DNA of 64,000 nt. Source: Bacteroidales bacterium. Its GTDB lineage: Bacteria > Bacteroidota > Bacteroidia > Bacteroidales > Bacteroidaceae. The stretch spans positions 4,674 to 68,673 of the forward strand of contig SUXQ01000008.1 of assembly GCA_015060905.1 (NCBI GenBank). The letters run 5' to 3'. The notes below the pieces were generated by a model that saw only the letters and a program-made list of their open reading frames with translations, ran no database searches and was not told the origin of the DNA. Below, piece by piece: positions 47,437-58,900 of this stretch (position 1 is its first letter; every line of letters starts with the position of its first letter). The translations under genes and the position numbers were made by a program.

Positions 47437-47453
47437 ATTTTTATGCTGTGAAA

Positions 47454-49355
47454 TTACTTGACTTCCTCGAACTCAGCATCCTGAACATCATCAGCACCGT
47501 TTGAAGCCTGCTGACCACCCTGTCCCGCGCTCTGTGCACCGGGCTGAGCACCACTCTGAGCATACATTTCGGCACTTGCAGCCTGCCATGCGTTGTTAAG
47601 TTCGGCAGTAGCTGCGTCGATTGCTGCGAGGTCCTGAGCCTTATGAGCATCTTTCAACTTCTGAGCAGCAGCCTCGATGGGAGCTTTTTTGTCTGCGGGA
47701 ATCTTATCGCCAAGCTCTTTAAGTTGGTTCTCTGTCTGGAACACCATTGAGTCCGCCTGATTGAGTTTGTCAATCTTCTCGCGCTCTTTTTTGTCAGCAT
47801 CGGCATTTGCCTCGGCCTCGGCTTTCATGCGTTCAATCTCGTCCTTGCTGAGACCCGATGAAGCCTCGATGCGGATTGCCTGCTCTTTACCGGTAGCCTT
47901 GTCCTTTGCAGAAACTTTGAGAATACCGTTTGCGTCAATGTCGAATGTCACCTCAATCTGGGGAACGCCGCGACGAGCGGGAGCTATTCCTGTAAGGTTG
48001 AACTGTCCGATTGACTTATTCTGTGCGGCCATAGGACGCTCACCTTGAAGCACGTGGATGGTTACTTCTGTCTGATTATCGGCAGCAGTAGAGAATGTCT
48101 CGCTCTTCTTGCAGGGGATTGTTGTATTTGCATCGATGAGCTTTGTCATTACACCACCGAGTGTCTCGATACCCATTGAAAGAGGAGTAACATCAAGAAG
48201 CACAATGTCGCCTACACCACCCTCGTTGTTGATGATTGCACCCTGAATAGCTGCACCAACAGCAACAACCTCGTCGGGATTTACACCCTTTGAAGGAGCC
48301 TTTCCGAAGAAGTCCTCAACAACTTTCTGAACAGCGGGGATGCGGCTTGAACCACCCACGAGGATAACCTCGTCAATCTCTGAATTGCTGAGACCGGCAT
48401 CCTGCATAGCCTTCTTACAAGGTTCGAGGCACGCCTGAATAAGGTTGTGTGCAAGAGACTCGAACTTCGCACGTGTAAGTGTCTTTACAAGGTGTTTGGG
48501 ACCGGTAGCTGTTGCTGTAATGTAAGGAAGATTAATCTCTGTCGAAGTTGTAGAAGAAAGTTCGATTTTTGCTTTCTCGGCAGCCTCTTTCAAACGCTGA
48601 AGAGCCATAGGATCTGCTTTGAGGTCTACACCCTCTTCGGCTTTAAACTCTGAAGCCAACCAATCAATGATTACCTGGTCAAAGTCGTCACCACCGAGGT
48701 GAGTATCACCGTTGGTAGAGAGTACCTCGAATACACCGCCACCAAACTCAAGAATAGAAATGTCGAATGTACCACCACCAAGGTCGAACACTGCAATCTT
48801 CATATCTTTGTTAGCCTTATCAACGCCATAGGCAAGAGCTGCGGCAGTAGGCTCGTTCACAATACGCTTAACATCGAGACCTGCAATCTGTCCGGCCTCT
48901 TTTGTTGCCTGACGCTGTGAGTCTGAGAAGTAAGCAGGCACTGTAATAACCGCCTCGGTAACCTCTTGACCCAAATAATCCTCGGCAGTCTTTTTCATCT
49001 TCTGCAGAATCATTGCAGAAATCTCCTGAGGAGTGTAAAGACGTCCGTCAATATCGACGCGAGGCATATTATTCTCGTTCACCACTTTATAAGGAACGCG
49101 TGAAATTTCTGTCTGCACCTGTGACCAATTCTCGCCCATGAATCTCTTGATAGAGAAAATTGTACGCTGGGGGTTAGTGATAGCCTGACGCTTAGCAGGG
49201 TCACCCACTTTACGCTCGCCGCCATCAACAAAAGCCACCACAGAAGGAGTTGTACGCTTACCCTCGCTGTTAGTAATAACAACAGGCTCGTTACCCTCGA
49301 ATACCGATACACATGAGTTTGTTGTACCTAAGTCAATTCCAATAATTTTTCCCAT
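47454..49355 (-). CDS. dnaK: Molecular chaperone DnaK (Hsp70)
   Basis: 633 aa ORF: [11 protein letters not shown]...DLGGGTFD... Confidence 0.98.
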   Translation of the reverse strand: MGKIIGIDLGTTNSCVSVFEGNEPVVITNSEGKRTTPSVVAFVDGGERKVGDPAKRQAITNPQRTIFSIKRFMGENWSQVQTEISRVPYKVVNENNMPRVDIDGRLYTPQEISAMILQKMKKTAEDYLGQEVTEAVITVPAYFSDSQRQATKEAGQIAGLDVKRIVNEPTAAALAYGVDKANKDMKIAVFDLGGGTFDISILEFGGGVFEVLSTNGDTHLGGDDFDQVIIDWLASEFKAEEGVDLKADPMALQRLKEAAEKAKIELSSTTSTEINLPYITATATGPKHLVKTLTRAKFESLAHNLIQACLEPCKKAMQDAGLSNSEIDEVILVGGSSRIPAVQKVVEDFFGKAPSKGVNPDEVVAVGAAIQGAIINNEGGVGDIVLLDVTPLSMGIETLGGVMTKLIDANTTIPCKKSETFSTAADNQTEVTIHVLQGERPMAAQNKSIGQFNLTGIAPARRGVPQIEVTFDIDANGILKVSAKDKATGKEQAIRIEASSGLSKDEIERMKAEAEANADADKKEREKIDKLNQADSMVFQTENQLKELGDKIPADKKAPIEAAAQKLKDAHKAQDLAAIDAATAELNNAWQAASAEMYAQSGAQPGAQSAGQGGQQASNGADDVQDAEFEEVK

Positions 49356-49638
49356 AATCTAATCTATTTTTTTATTTTATTATTACCTAATTTACAATCA
49401 GTATATAAATTGAAACTGATTGCGAACTTTTTTGTTCGATTACACTGTATATAAAACAAACAGCGTGCCAAACATCAAATAAGACTTTTTCTGCCACAAA
49501 AATGACTTTTCGTCCGTCAGAGCACAGACAAAATACGCCATAATGTCAGTTTCGTATCGCACAAGCAGAAAAAAACAATTAAAATTTGTGGCAAAAAATA
49601 TTAAAACCACATTATTTGCTTTTACCGATAGATTGACT

Positions 49639-49646
49639 TATATTTG
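49639..49646 (+). promoter_or_regulatory. Distal candidate -7 box TATATTTG for recA
   Basis: 134 nt upstream of the ATG at 49780. Confidence 0.35.
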
Positions 49647-49726
49647 CAAGTAATTTGCGAGAAAAGTATCGATAAAGATACAAAGGCTTTTAAGGTTGCA
49701 AAAAACAGCAAAGTATTCACAGAATT

Positions 49727-49734
49727 TATATTTG
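49727..49734 (+). promoter_or_regulatory. Proximal candidate -7 box TATATTTG for recA
   Basis: 46 nt upstream of the ATG at 49780. Confidence 0.45.
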
Positions 49735-49779
49735 ACAAATATCTTGAACTTTAATTATATAATAAAGGAATAAAAAATA

Positions 49780-50811
49780 ATGGCAAAAAAAGAAGAAATA
49801 GAAAATATGGCCGGCTCGGAAAGACTGAAAGCCCTGCAAGCAGCGATGGAAAAAATCGAGAAAAACTTCGGTAAAGGCTCCATCATGAAACTCGGCGACG
49901 ATAATTTTGAAAGTATCGACGTAATTCCCACCGGCTCAATAGCACTGAACGCAGCATTGGGCGTAGGCGGTTACCCCCGCGGACGTATAATTGAAATATA
50001 CGGCCCCGAGTCATCAGGAAAAACCACTCTTGCGATACACGCAATCGCCGAGGCACAAAAAAGCGGAGGTATTGCAGCCATCATCGACGCCGAGCATGCA
50101 TTCGACCGTTTCTATGCACAAAAATTGGGCGTAGACATCGACAACCTGCTAATCTCACAGCCCGACTGCGGAGAGCAGGCACTCGAAATTGCCGAACAGC
50201 TTATACGCTCCTCTGCAATAGACATAATAGTAATCGACTCGGTAGCCGCACTCACCCCAAAAGCAGAAATTGAGGGAGAAATGGGCGACAACAAAGTAGG
50301 TCTTCAAGCACGTTTAATGTCACAGGCACTGCGCAAGCTGACATCCGCAATAAGCAAGACAAACACCACCTGCATCTTCATCAACCAATTACGCGAAAAG
50401 ATAGGTATTATGTTCGGAAACCCCGAAACAACAACCGGAGGAAACGCACTGAAGTTCTACTCCTCGGTACGCCTCGATATTCGTCGCGTAACACAAATTA
50501 AAGATGGCGAAGAGGCCATTGGTAATCAAGTGCGCGTTAAAATCATAAAGAACAAGGTAGCCCCTCCCTTCCGCAAGGCAGAATTTGATATTATGTTCGG
50601 CGAAGGAATCTCGCGCATAGGCGAAATTGTAGACTTAGGCGTAGAATATGGCGTAATTAAAAAGAGCGGCTCGTTCTACAGTTACAACGACACAAAGCTG
50701 GCACAAGGACGCGACCGCACCAAACAGATAATCGCCGACAACCCCGAACTTGCCGAGGAGCTTGAAGCACTCATCAGTGAAGCTATGAAAAAACCTAACA
50801 ACCAAGAATAA
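49780..50811 (+). CDS. recA: Recombinase RecA
   Basis: 343 aa ORF: GPESSGKTT...[10 protein letters not shown]... Confidence 0.98.
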   Translation: MAKKEEIENMAGSERLKALQAAMEKIEKNFGKGSIMKLGDDNFESIDVIPTGSIALNAALGVGGYPRGRIIEIYGPESSGKTTLAIHAIAEAQKSGGIAAIIDAEHAFDRFYAQKLGVDIDNLLISQPDCGEQALEIAEQLIRSSAIDIIVIDSVAALTPKAEIEGEMGDNKVGLQARLMSQALRKLTSAISKTNTTCIFINQLREKIGIMFGNPETTTGGNALKFYSSVRLDIRRVTQIKDGEEAIGNQVRVKIIKNKVAPPFRKAEFDIMFGEGISRIGEIVDLGVEYGVIKKSGSFYSYNDTKLAQGRDRTKQIIADNPELAEELEALISEAMKKPNNQE

Positions 50812-50818
50812 TAAAAAC

Positions 50819-52006
50819 ATGAAAAAAACAATCCTTTTGGCAGCCGCCGCGCTGCTTTCTATGGGCACATTCGCTCAAGACAAAAACGAGGGTTTTGAAT
50901 TTACGGTAGTAAAAGAGAACCCTATCACAAGCGTAAAAGACCAACACCGCGCAGGCACATGCTGGTGCTACTCAAGCCTCGGCTTTATCGAGTCAGAGCT
51001 TATCCGCATGGGTAAAGGCGAGTACGACCTCAGCGAAATGTTCATCGTTCACAACACATACCTTGACCGTGCCGACAGAGCAGTGCGCACACACGGTGAC
51101 GCATCTTTCTCACAAGGCGGTTCATTCTACGACGTAATTTACGGAATGAAGACATTCGGCCTTGTACCCGAGTCAGAGATGCGCCCCGGCGTAATGTACG
51201 GTGACACACTGAGCAACCACGGCGAGCTTTCAACAGTAAGCGGCGCAGTAGTTGAGGCCATCGCAAAAGGCAATAGCAAAAGCCTCCAGACAGACGTCAA
51301 TGGAATGCCCCTTTGGAAAAAAACCATCGAGGCCATCCACGATGTATATCTTGGCAAACGCCCCGAGAAGTTCACATACAATGGCAAGGAGTATACTCCA
51401 AAGTCATTCTATGAGTCATTAGGCCTTAACGCAGAGGACTACATCTCTTTGACATCTTACACTCACCACCCTTTCTACACAACATTTGCACTCGAAATTC
51501 CCGACAACTGGCGTTGGGCACACTCTTACAACCTTCCTTTGGATGAGTTTATGGAGGTATTCGACTATGCAATCAACGAAGGTTACACAATTGCATGGGG
51601 TAGCGACGTAAGTCCCGCCTTCAACAACAGCGTAGCATCACTCCCCGACGAGGAGAAGGCGCAAGAGATGAGCGGCTCGGACATGGCACATTGGCTTAAC
51701 CTCCCCGCATCAGAGAAAAAACTTCACACAAAGCCCCAGCCTCAGAAATGGGTGACACAGGAGGAGCGTCAGAAAGCATACGACAATTGGGAGACAACAG
51801 ACGACCACGGTATGCAGATTTACGGTATTGCAAAAGACCAATTGGGCAACGAGTACTACATGGTTAAAAACTCATGGGGACAAGGCGGAAAATACAAAGG
51901 TATCTACTATGCTTCAAAAGCATTTGTTCGCTACAAGACTATGAACATCGTAGTTCACAAGAATGCAATTCCCAAAGCAATCCGCAAAAAACTCGGAATA
52001 AAATAA
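50819..52006 (+). CDS. C1-family cysteine peptidase (aminopeptidase C/bleomycin hydrolase-like) with a signal peptide
   Basis: 395 aa ORF with the catalytic-Cys context QHRAGTCWCYSS. It starts 7 nt after the recA stop. Confidence 0.82.
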   Translation: MKKTILLAAAALLSMGTFAQDKNEGFEFTVVKENPITSVKDQHRAGTCWCYSSLGFIESELIRMGKGEYDLSEMFIVHNTYLDRADRAVRTHGDASFSQGGSFYDVIYGMKTFGLVPESEMRPGVMYGDTLSNHGELSTVSGAVVEAIAKGNSKSLQTDVNGMPLWKKTIEAIHDVYLGKRPEKFTYNGKEYTPKSFYESLGLNAEDYISLTSYTHHPFYTTFALEIPDNWRWAHSYNLPLDEFMEVFDYAINEGYTIAWGSDVSPAFNNSVASLPDEEKAQEMSGSDMAHWLNLPASEKKLHTKPQPQKWVTQEERQKAYDNWETTDDHGMQIYGIAKDQLGNEYYMVKNSWGQGGKYKGIYYASKAFVRYKTMNIVVHKNAIPKAIRKKLGIK

Positions 52007-52022
52007 TTTAACACTTCCACAT

Positions 52023-52090
52023 AATTGCTGTTAAAAAATAGAGAGAGTGACGAAAAAATAGGTTATTCTCTCTATTTTTTAACAGCAATT
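52023..52090 (+). terminator. Long hairpin (24 bp arms, 20 nt loop) after the peptidase gene
   Basis: aattgctgttaaaaaatagagaga ... tctctctattttttaacagcaatt. Confidence 0.6.
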
Positions 52091-52196
52091 TTATATCTTT
52101 ACAAATTGAAACGGGAACTAATCTCGCAAAAACCGGATGCATCAGTTAAAAAATTGGTGCTAATTATTTGTGACATAAAAAGATAGAATTATACAA

Positions 52197-53921
52197 ATGG
52201 GACAAAAGTGGAATTATCAACCTCCGACAAATAAGGAAAAAGAGGACGCAAAGCGTCTCTCCGAAGAGTTGGACATGAGTCCCATTCTGTGCGAGCTGTT
52301 GCTGCGACGCGGAATAAAAACCGCCACCGAAGCAAAAAATTTCTTCCGCCCCAAACTGAGCAATCTGCACGACCCGTTCCTGATGAACGACATGGACGTT
52401 GCCGTTGCACGGCTGAACAAAGCCTTGGGACGCAAAGAGCGTATCATGGTGTACGGCGATTACGACGTAGACGGAACCACAGCCGTAGCATTGGTATACA
52501 AATTCCTGCAACAATTCTCGCTTAACATCGACTATTACATCCCCGACAGAAACGAGGATGGATACGGAATATCCAAACGAGGAATAGACTACGCTCACTC
52601 GACGGGAGTAAAGCTGATAATAGTACTCGACTGCGGAATTAAAGCAATAGAGGAGATTGCATACGCCAAGGAAAAAGGCATCGACTTTATCGTGTGCGAC
52701 CACCATGTGCCCGATGAAAAGCTACCATGTGCCGTAGCAATCCTCAACCCCAAGCGTTCCGATTCGACCTACCCCTACCCCCATCTATCCGGTTGCGGAG
52801 TAGGATTCAAATTCATGCAAGCCTTTGCACAGGACAACGGAATACCCGCCGAACAGCTATACAACCTGCTCGACCTTGTAGCCGTAAGCATCGCATCGGA
52901 CCTTGTACCCAACATGGGCGAAAATCGCATACTCTCGTACCATGGAATTAAACAGTTGAACCACAATGCAAGCACCGGTCTTAAAGCCATCATACAAGTG
53001 TGCGGACTGCGAGAAAAAGAGATAACAATAAACGACATAATATTCAAGATAGGCCCCAGAATAAACGCATCGGGACGCATACAACAAGGGAAAGTAGCCG
53101 TAGACCTGCTCATCGAAAATAATCTGTCGGCAGCACTCGCCATGAGCGAGCAGATAAACGAATATAACGAGACACGCAAAGACCTTGACAAAAGTATGAC
53201 CGAAGAGGCCAACAAAATAGTCGCCGAACTTGAAAATTTCGACGAGAAACGCGCCATCGTCATATTCAACGAAACGTGGCACCGAGGAGTCATAGGCATT
53301 GTAGCGTCACGTCTGACGGAGGTGTACCATCGTCCGGCAGCAGTAATAACATGCACCGGAGAAATGGCCACAGGCTCGGCACGCTCGGTGGCAGGCTTCG
53401 ACGTATACAAGGCAATAGAGAACAGCCGTCAGATACTCGAAAATTTCGGAGGACACACATACGCCTCGGGCTTCTCTTTGCTCGTAAAAAACATCCCCGA
53501 ATTTAAACGTCAATTCGAGCAATATGTTACCGACAACATACTCCCCGAACAGACCGACTCGCAAATAGACATTGAGGCCATGCTCGATTTTCGCGACATT
53601 ACCCGTAAATTCTTCAACGACCTGAAGAAGTTCGCCCCCCACGGCCCCGACAACCCCAAGCCCATCTTCTGCACATACGGAGTATACGACTACGGCACAA
53701 GCAAGGTCGTCGGTCGCCGTCAAGAGCACATAAAGCTGGAGCTTGTAGACAATAAGTCGAGCAACGTCATCAACGGCATTGCCTTCGGACAAAGCCAGCA
53801 GGCACGATACATAAAATCGAAACAATCCTTCGACATCTGCTACACACTCGAGGACAACACCTACAAACACGGCGAAGTGCAGTTGCAGATAGAGAGTATA
53901 CGCCCCAAAGGTAAGCAATAA
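52197..53921 (+). CDS. recJ: Single-stranded-DNA-specific exonuclease RecJ
   Basis: 574 aa ORF with DHH motifs VYGDYDVDGTT and DHH (CDHHVP), plus the GGH motif FGGHTYASG. Confidence 0.95.
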   Translation: MGQKWNYQPPTNKEKEDAKRLSEELDMSPILCELLLRRGIKTATEAKNFFRPKLSNLHDPFLMNDMDVAVARLNKALGRKERIMVYGDYDVDGTTAVALVYKFLQQFSLNIDYYIPDRNEDGYGISKRGIDYAHSTGVKLIIVLDCGIKAIEEIAYAKEKGIDFIVCDHHVPDEKLPCAVAILNPKRSDSTYPYPHLSGCGVGFKFMQAFAQDNGIPAEQLYNLLDLVAVSIASDLVPNMGENRILSYHGIKQLNHNASTGLKAIIQVCGLREKEITINDIIFKIGPRINASGRIQQGKVAVDLLIENNLSAALAMSEQINEYNETRKDLDKSMTEEANKIVAELENFDEKRAIVIFNETWHRGVIGIVASRLTEVYHRPAAVITCTGEMATGSARSVAGFDVYKAIENSRQILENFGGHTYASGFSLLVKNIPEFKRQFEQYVTDNILPEQTDSQIDIEAMLDFRDITRKFFNDLKKFAPHGPDNPKPIFCTYGVYDYGTSKVVGRRQEHIKLELVDNKSSNVINGIAFGQSQQARYIKSKQSFDICYTLEDNTYKHGEVQLQIESIRPKGKQ

Positions 53922-53922
53922 A

Positions 53923-55839
53923 ATGAGCACCCCATTGCAAAAGAAACATCTCGAAATACTGAAAGAACATTGGGGTTACGATGCTTTTCGCGGAATTCAG
54001 GAAGAGATAATCAACAGCATCGGTTCGGGACGCGACACATTAGGCCTTATGCCCACCGGAGGCGGCAAAAGCATCACATTCCAAGTACCCACACTCGCCA
54101 CAGAGGGTCTGTGCCTTGTCATTACCCCACTCATCGCACTGATGAAAGACCAAGTGGCCAACTTAAGAAGTCGCCACATAAAAGCAACAGCAATATACTC
54201 GGGCATGAAACACAGCGACGCAATAACAGCCCTTGAAAATTGCATCTTCGGCGACTACAAATTCCTGTACGTATCACCCGAAAGACTATCATCGGAAATC
54301 TTCCAGAAAAAAATAAGCCGCGTAAACGTAAGCATGATAACCGTAGACGAGGCCCACTGCATATCGCAATGGGGACACGACTTTCGCCCAGCATACAGAG
54401 AAATATCCAAAATACGCGAAATATTCCCCCACGCACCCATTCTTGCCCTCACAGCCACAGCCACCAAAGAGGTAATAAAAGATATTCAAGCGCAACTATC
54501 ATTCAGAGAGAGCAACGTCATAAGAATGAGTTTCGAACGCAAAAACCTCTCGTATATAGTGCGCAACACCGACAACAAAGCACAAGAACTACTGCGCATC
54601 CTCAATAGAATAGAAGGCTCGGCAATAATATACACCCAGAATAGAAAAAAGACCCAAGAAGTAGCAGAATTCCTTGTAAACAATGGATTTACAGCCGAAT
54701 ACTACCACGCAGGACTAAGCGCAAACGCAAAAGATGAACGCGAAGAACGCTGGAAAAGCGGAAAATCGCGCATAATGGTAGCAACAAACGCCTTTGGCAT
54801 GGGCATTGACAAGCCCGACGTACGCATAGTGCTGCACACTGACCTTCCAAGCTCGATAGAGGCCTACTTTCAAGAGGCGGGACGCGCCGGACGCGACGGC
54901 AATCGCGCCTATGCTGTGGCACTATATAACGCAGCCGACAATCGAATACTAAAAAAGCGAATATCAGACAATTACCCCGACAAGGAGTATATACGTTCCG
55001 TCTACGAGCATATATGCTACTACTATAAGATGGCCTTAGGCGACGGATTAAACTGCACCTTTGAATTTTCACTACCGGAATTCTGCCGCATATACAAATT
55101 CCAGACACTGCAAGCGGATAGCGCGTTGCGCATACTCACACGCATGGGCTATCTTGAATATGTCGAGGAAATGGAATACTCGTCGAGCATACAATTCATC
55201 ATAGAGCGCGACGAACTTTACCGTCTGAAGGAAGGCAGTGCCGACTGCGAAGCACTGATAACAGCCATTCTGCGCAACTACTGCGGCGTATTCAGCGAAC
55301 AGGTATATATTGACGAACGTCTGCTGAACAAAATAACAGGAATATCGCGTCACAGAATATACGAAATACTCGTAACACTGTCGCAGCGGCGCATCATACA
55401 ATATAAGCCCTCGAAAAAGACACCGCTTATAACCTTCACCCGCCAAAGAGTGCTACCCGAGGAATTACGATTCGAGAAGGAGATTTACGACGACCGACGA
55501 GAAAGTTTCGAAAATAGAATAACATCGGTAATAAACTACGCACAAAGCAACAGCAAATGCCGCAGTGGTATTCTGCTGTCATATTTCGGTGAAAAAGAGC
55601 CACCCGAATGTGGCACCTGCGACACGTGCATACAAAAAAAGAGAAACTCCGGCCGAGGAACAGAATACAAGAGTGAAAAGGAGAAAATCCTGCAAATACT
55701 ATCGGACCGCGCCCCCCACCCTCTCGACGAACTTGAAAAGCTGCATCTCTCAAGAGAAAAGCTAACAAATATTTTGCGCCATCTTGCCGACGAGGAGATT
55801 ATCACTATTGAGAATGGAAATTGCATTCGATTAACGTAG
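53923..55839 (+). CDS. recQ: RecQ-family ATP-dependent DNA helicase
   Basis: Motifs are PTGGGKS, DEAHCISQWGHDFRP, the RQC Zn-finger C...CGTCDTC. It starts 1 nt after the recJ stop. Confidence 0.93.
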   Translation: MSTPLQKKHLEILKEHWGYDAFRGIQEEIINSIGSGRDTLGLMPTGGGKSITFQVPTLATEGLCLVITPLIALMKDQVANLRSRHIKATAIYSGMKHSDAITALENCIFGDYKFLYVSPERLSSEIFQKKISRVNVSMITVDEAHCISQWGHDFRPAYREISKIREIFPHAPILALTATATKEVIKDIQAQLSFRESNVIRMSFERKNLSYIVRNTDNKAQELLRILNRIEGSAIIYTQNRKKTQEVAEFLVNNGFTAEYYHAGLSANAKDEREERWKSGKSRIMVATNAFGMGIDKPDVRIVLHTDLPSSIEAYFQEAGRAGRDGNRAYAVALYNAADNRILKKRISDNYPDKEYIRSVYEHICYYYKMALGDGLNCTFEFSLPEFCRIYKFQTLQADSALRILTRMGYLEYVEEMEYSSSIQFIIERDELYRLKEGSADCEALITAILRNYCGVFSEQVYIDERLLNKITGISRHRIYEILVTLSQRRIIQYKPSKKTPLITFTRQRVLPEELRFEKEIYDDRRESFENRITSVINYAQSNSKCRSGILLSYFGEKEPPECGTCDTCIQKKRNSGRGTEYKSEKEKILQILSDRAPHPLDELEKLHLSREKLTNILRHLADEEIITIENGNCIRLT

Positions 55840-55892
55840 AGCTTCGTTCAATCACCATAATAAGAAAAAATCATTTTACACAAACAGCATAC

Positions 55893-55930
55893 AAAAAAAC
55901 TCCCGCAAAAATTTTTGCGGGAGTTTTTTT
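55893..55930. terminator. Bidirectional intrinsic terminator between recQ and the T9SS cargo gene
   Basis: aaaaaaactcccgcaaaaa|tttttgcgggagttttttt. Confidence 0.85.
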
Positions 55931-55946
55931 GTTTAGAGAAAGTTTA

Positions 55947-58900
55947 TTATTTCAAAACCTTAACTGTCTTAACAACACCGTTGCTGTAAACATACTTAAC
56001 AACATTTACACCCTGAACAGGAGTCTGAGAAGCAACACCGTCGATTGTGTAGTAAGTTGTAGAAACAACCTCCTCGCCCTCTACAACAGGAGCCTCAATT
56101 GATGTGTACGAATCGCCTATGAAACGGAGGTTCCAAAGAGAGTTAGCGTCGCCACGTTTCCAGTAAACGATGTGTCCTTCAACACCTTTACCGCCACCGT
56201 GACCTTGTGCGTGGAGGCACAAGTTACCATTCTGATCCTCATGATATTCACCACCACCGGGAACCCAGAGGTCAAATGCAGTACGCTCGCGCTGGAGAAC
56301 CATGAAAGGCTGAGGTGTGTCGCTGAGGCTTATGTGAATACCGTACCAAGAGATTGCCTCCTCTTTACCCTCAAATGCAATTGCGGGATCTGTACAGCTT
56401 ACATATTTGTCATACTTAACACTCTTAATGTAGTATGCAAACTTAGCTTCCTCCTCGGTGATAAGAGAATCCTCCAACCAAATAGTAACCTGCTCGTCGT
56501 CAGTTGCGGGGATAAGCTGGAATACAAATACAGAGTCGGCTGTCATAATATCCTCGGGAGTATTCTTCCAACCTACCTCTAATTCCTCGCAGAATGCAGC
56601 GTCAGAAACGCAACCCTCGTGAGGATCCATTGCGTAGATAGCCTTTTTAACACCCTGATTTTTCATATATAAGGGTTGGTCAGCCTCTATTACATAGTAA
56701 CCTGCAACAACAGGGTTAGTCTCGGCATTCTCAATCTCGGCAAATGCAGCCTCGAGGGTATTAATCATTGCTTTTGAAGCAGCCTCGTCCTTAGCCTCGG
56801 CTGTTGTCTGTGCCTTAGCGCAAGCCTCGGGGAATCCTTTCAGATCCTTGTATGCACCGGGGTCGTTGCTCTCTACAAGACCAAGGCTCATGAGAGATTT
56901 TGTCATGTTACCCAACCAATAGCTGAAAGGAGTATCCATAGACATCTTGTAGATGAACCACTCACCCTCACCATCTTTATCATTGTTCTCGAACGCATCA
57001 ACAGGGTACCAGCCGTAGTTACCACCCCAGTCTTGAGCAATAACATAAGGACAATGTGTGCTTACCTCTTCTATATTACGATAAGAATCTTCATTATACT
57101 CGTAGATTCTGAATGAATAGGGAAGATTTTCGTCATTTTCGTTAGACTCAATCTTCACTTTAGCAGCCTTAGAAAGAGAATATGTAGTTGTACCACCTTC
57201 CCAGTAATCGCCATCGCTACCGGTAGAGCTCATCCAATATGAACCATCTACCAAGCTCTGGATGTAGTATGTACCATCACCATCGCCTGTAGAACGGATG
57301 CTGAATGCACAAGGTGACTGCAATGCGCCAACCCAACGTTTACCGGCCGAGAAGAAGCCACCATCTTCGGGATCGCCACCAACTGCGGGGCTGCAATTCA
57401 AAAGACCATAGATAGCATAGATTCCATTATCGGTAATCTCCTCAATGCTTTCAACCTGCGCACCACGCATTGCGTTGTATTCATCGGGGAAGAGAACATT
57501 TGCAGGAGTTACAGTCTCGCCTACGTAACCAAATACAAAATCTATGGGGCCATCGCAATATGTACCACCACGACCATGAAGTACAAATTTGAAACCACCA
57601 ATTTCACGGGGAAGTTCAATATCTATATATACGTACTCGCTACCGTCAAAGTCGCCATCAGCGGCATCTGATATTCCCTCGAAACGAGAATTAACAGTGT
57701 AGTCTCCGTCGCAAAGAGCTGCGTAGCCCAATCCCCATCTGGGTGACACAGAGTTAGATGAGAAGCTCTCTTCTGTTAATTCAATCTTCTGACCATTCTC
57801 ATCGTAAATTTCAAACTCGATAATACCGGGGAAAGGTTTACCATTATATTGGCGTCCAGAAAGTGTTTGGAAGACAGTAAAGCGAAGCTGGTCAACCATG
57901 TCTGTCAAATAGTATGTAGGTGATTCCCATATATTTACGCTACCATCGTAAGGAGACTCTTTACCGGGAAGACCATCCTCTTCGCGACCGATGCGGAAAG
58001 GAAGAGACTTAACGTTAGTAATTTTTGATGCCCAGAAGGTATCGATAATCCCCTTGATCTTTGAAACTGCATCGTCAATATCTGCAATAGTCTCATATGA
58101 TTCGAATGCAATCTCAGCCTCGTCCAATGCTTGAATAAGAGTCTCGGTGTACTCTGCCGGATAAGAATTATTAATCCAGTCTGGAGCAGAAGACGTAAGG
58201 ATAAGACCCTCATCCATAGCATCTATGATATTAGCAATAGAGTCTACCCACATATTGAGTGTAAGGGCATAGTAATTGTTGAATGCTGTATTAAGAGTAT
58301 TTCTTGAAGAAAATATCTCGGCAACAGTTACATCAGTGCCTTTTGCTGCTACAGTTTTTGCAGAAGCAAGAGCTGTTTCAAGCACTGTCTTAAAGCCATC
58401 TTCGTCATAAGAATTCAAAGATGAGCCAAGCTCGGCAATACGAGAATCTACATTAGCAATTACATCTTCGAGCTTGTAAAGAATTGTAGAGGCCTTAATG
58501 TCTGCTTTGTAGATTGAGAAGTTTGTTGCATAAGGGCGGTCAAATTTTGCAATTTCCTCAGCATCGTTCTTGAAACAACCCATACGCATGATAGCATCCT
58601 GCATAAGGAGTAGCTCGCCGTTGTTTGCAGTTAGAGTAAAGTCACCATTAATATCAGCATGGCTGTCAAACTTTATGTTCATTGCTTTTCTGATATCCAT
58701 TGTCCAATCAATGAAACCGGTGTATGAACCTCTTTTAACGATGTAGTGATCAGTGTTGATATACTCTACCTTATATGTATTTTCAGCACCTTCTACGGGA
58801 ATAAGGGTAAACACACCAAAAGCAGAAGGCTCTTTTGTTGTCAAACAGGGTGCTTCAAAGAAACCGCCACCAACGTTCTCGCGCTGACGAGCCTCGTCCC

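Noticed and set aside
49356-49779. Heat-shock (CIRCE) or SOS (LexA-box) operators in the dnaK-recA divergent region
   Set aside because: There is no CIRCE-like TTAGCACTC-N9-GAGTGCTAA and no CTGT-N8-ACAG-type palindrome. Only a weak 9 bp inverted match (gccacaaa/tttgtggc) about 90 bp apart is present, which I consider chance.
52775-53930. 211 aa and 207 aa ORFs antisense to recJ
   Set aside because: recJ on the plus strand has unambiguous DHH/DHHA1 motifs. The antisense frames have no recognisable features.
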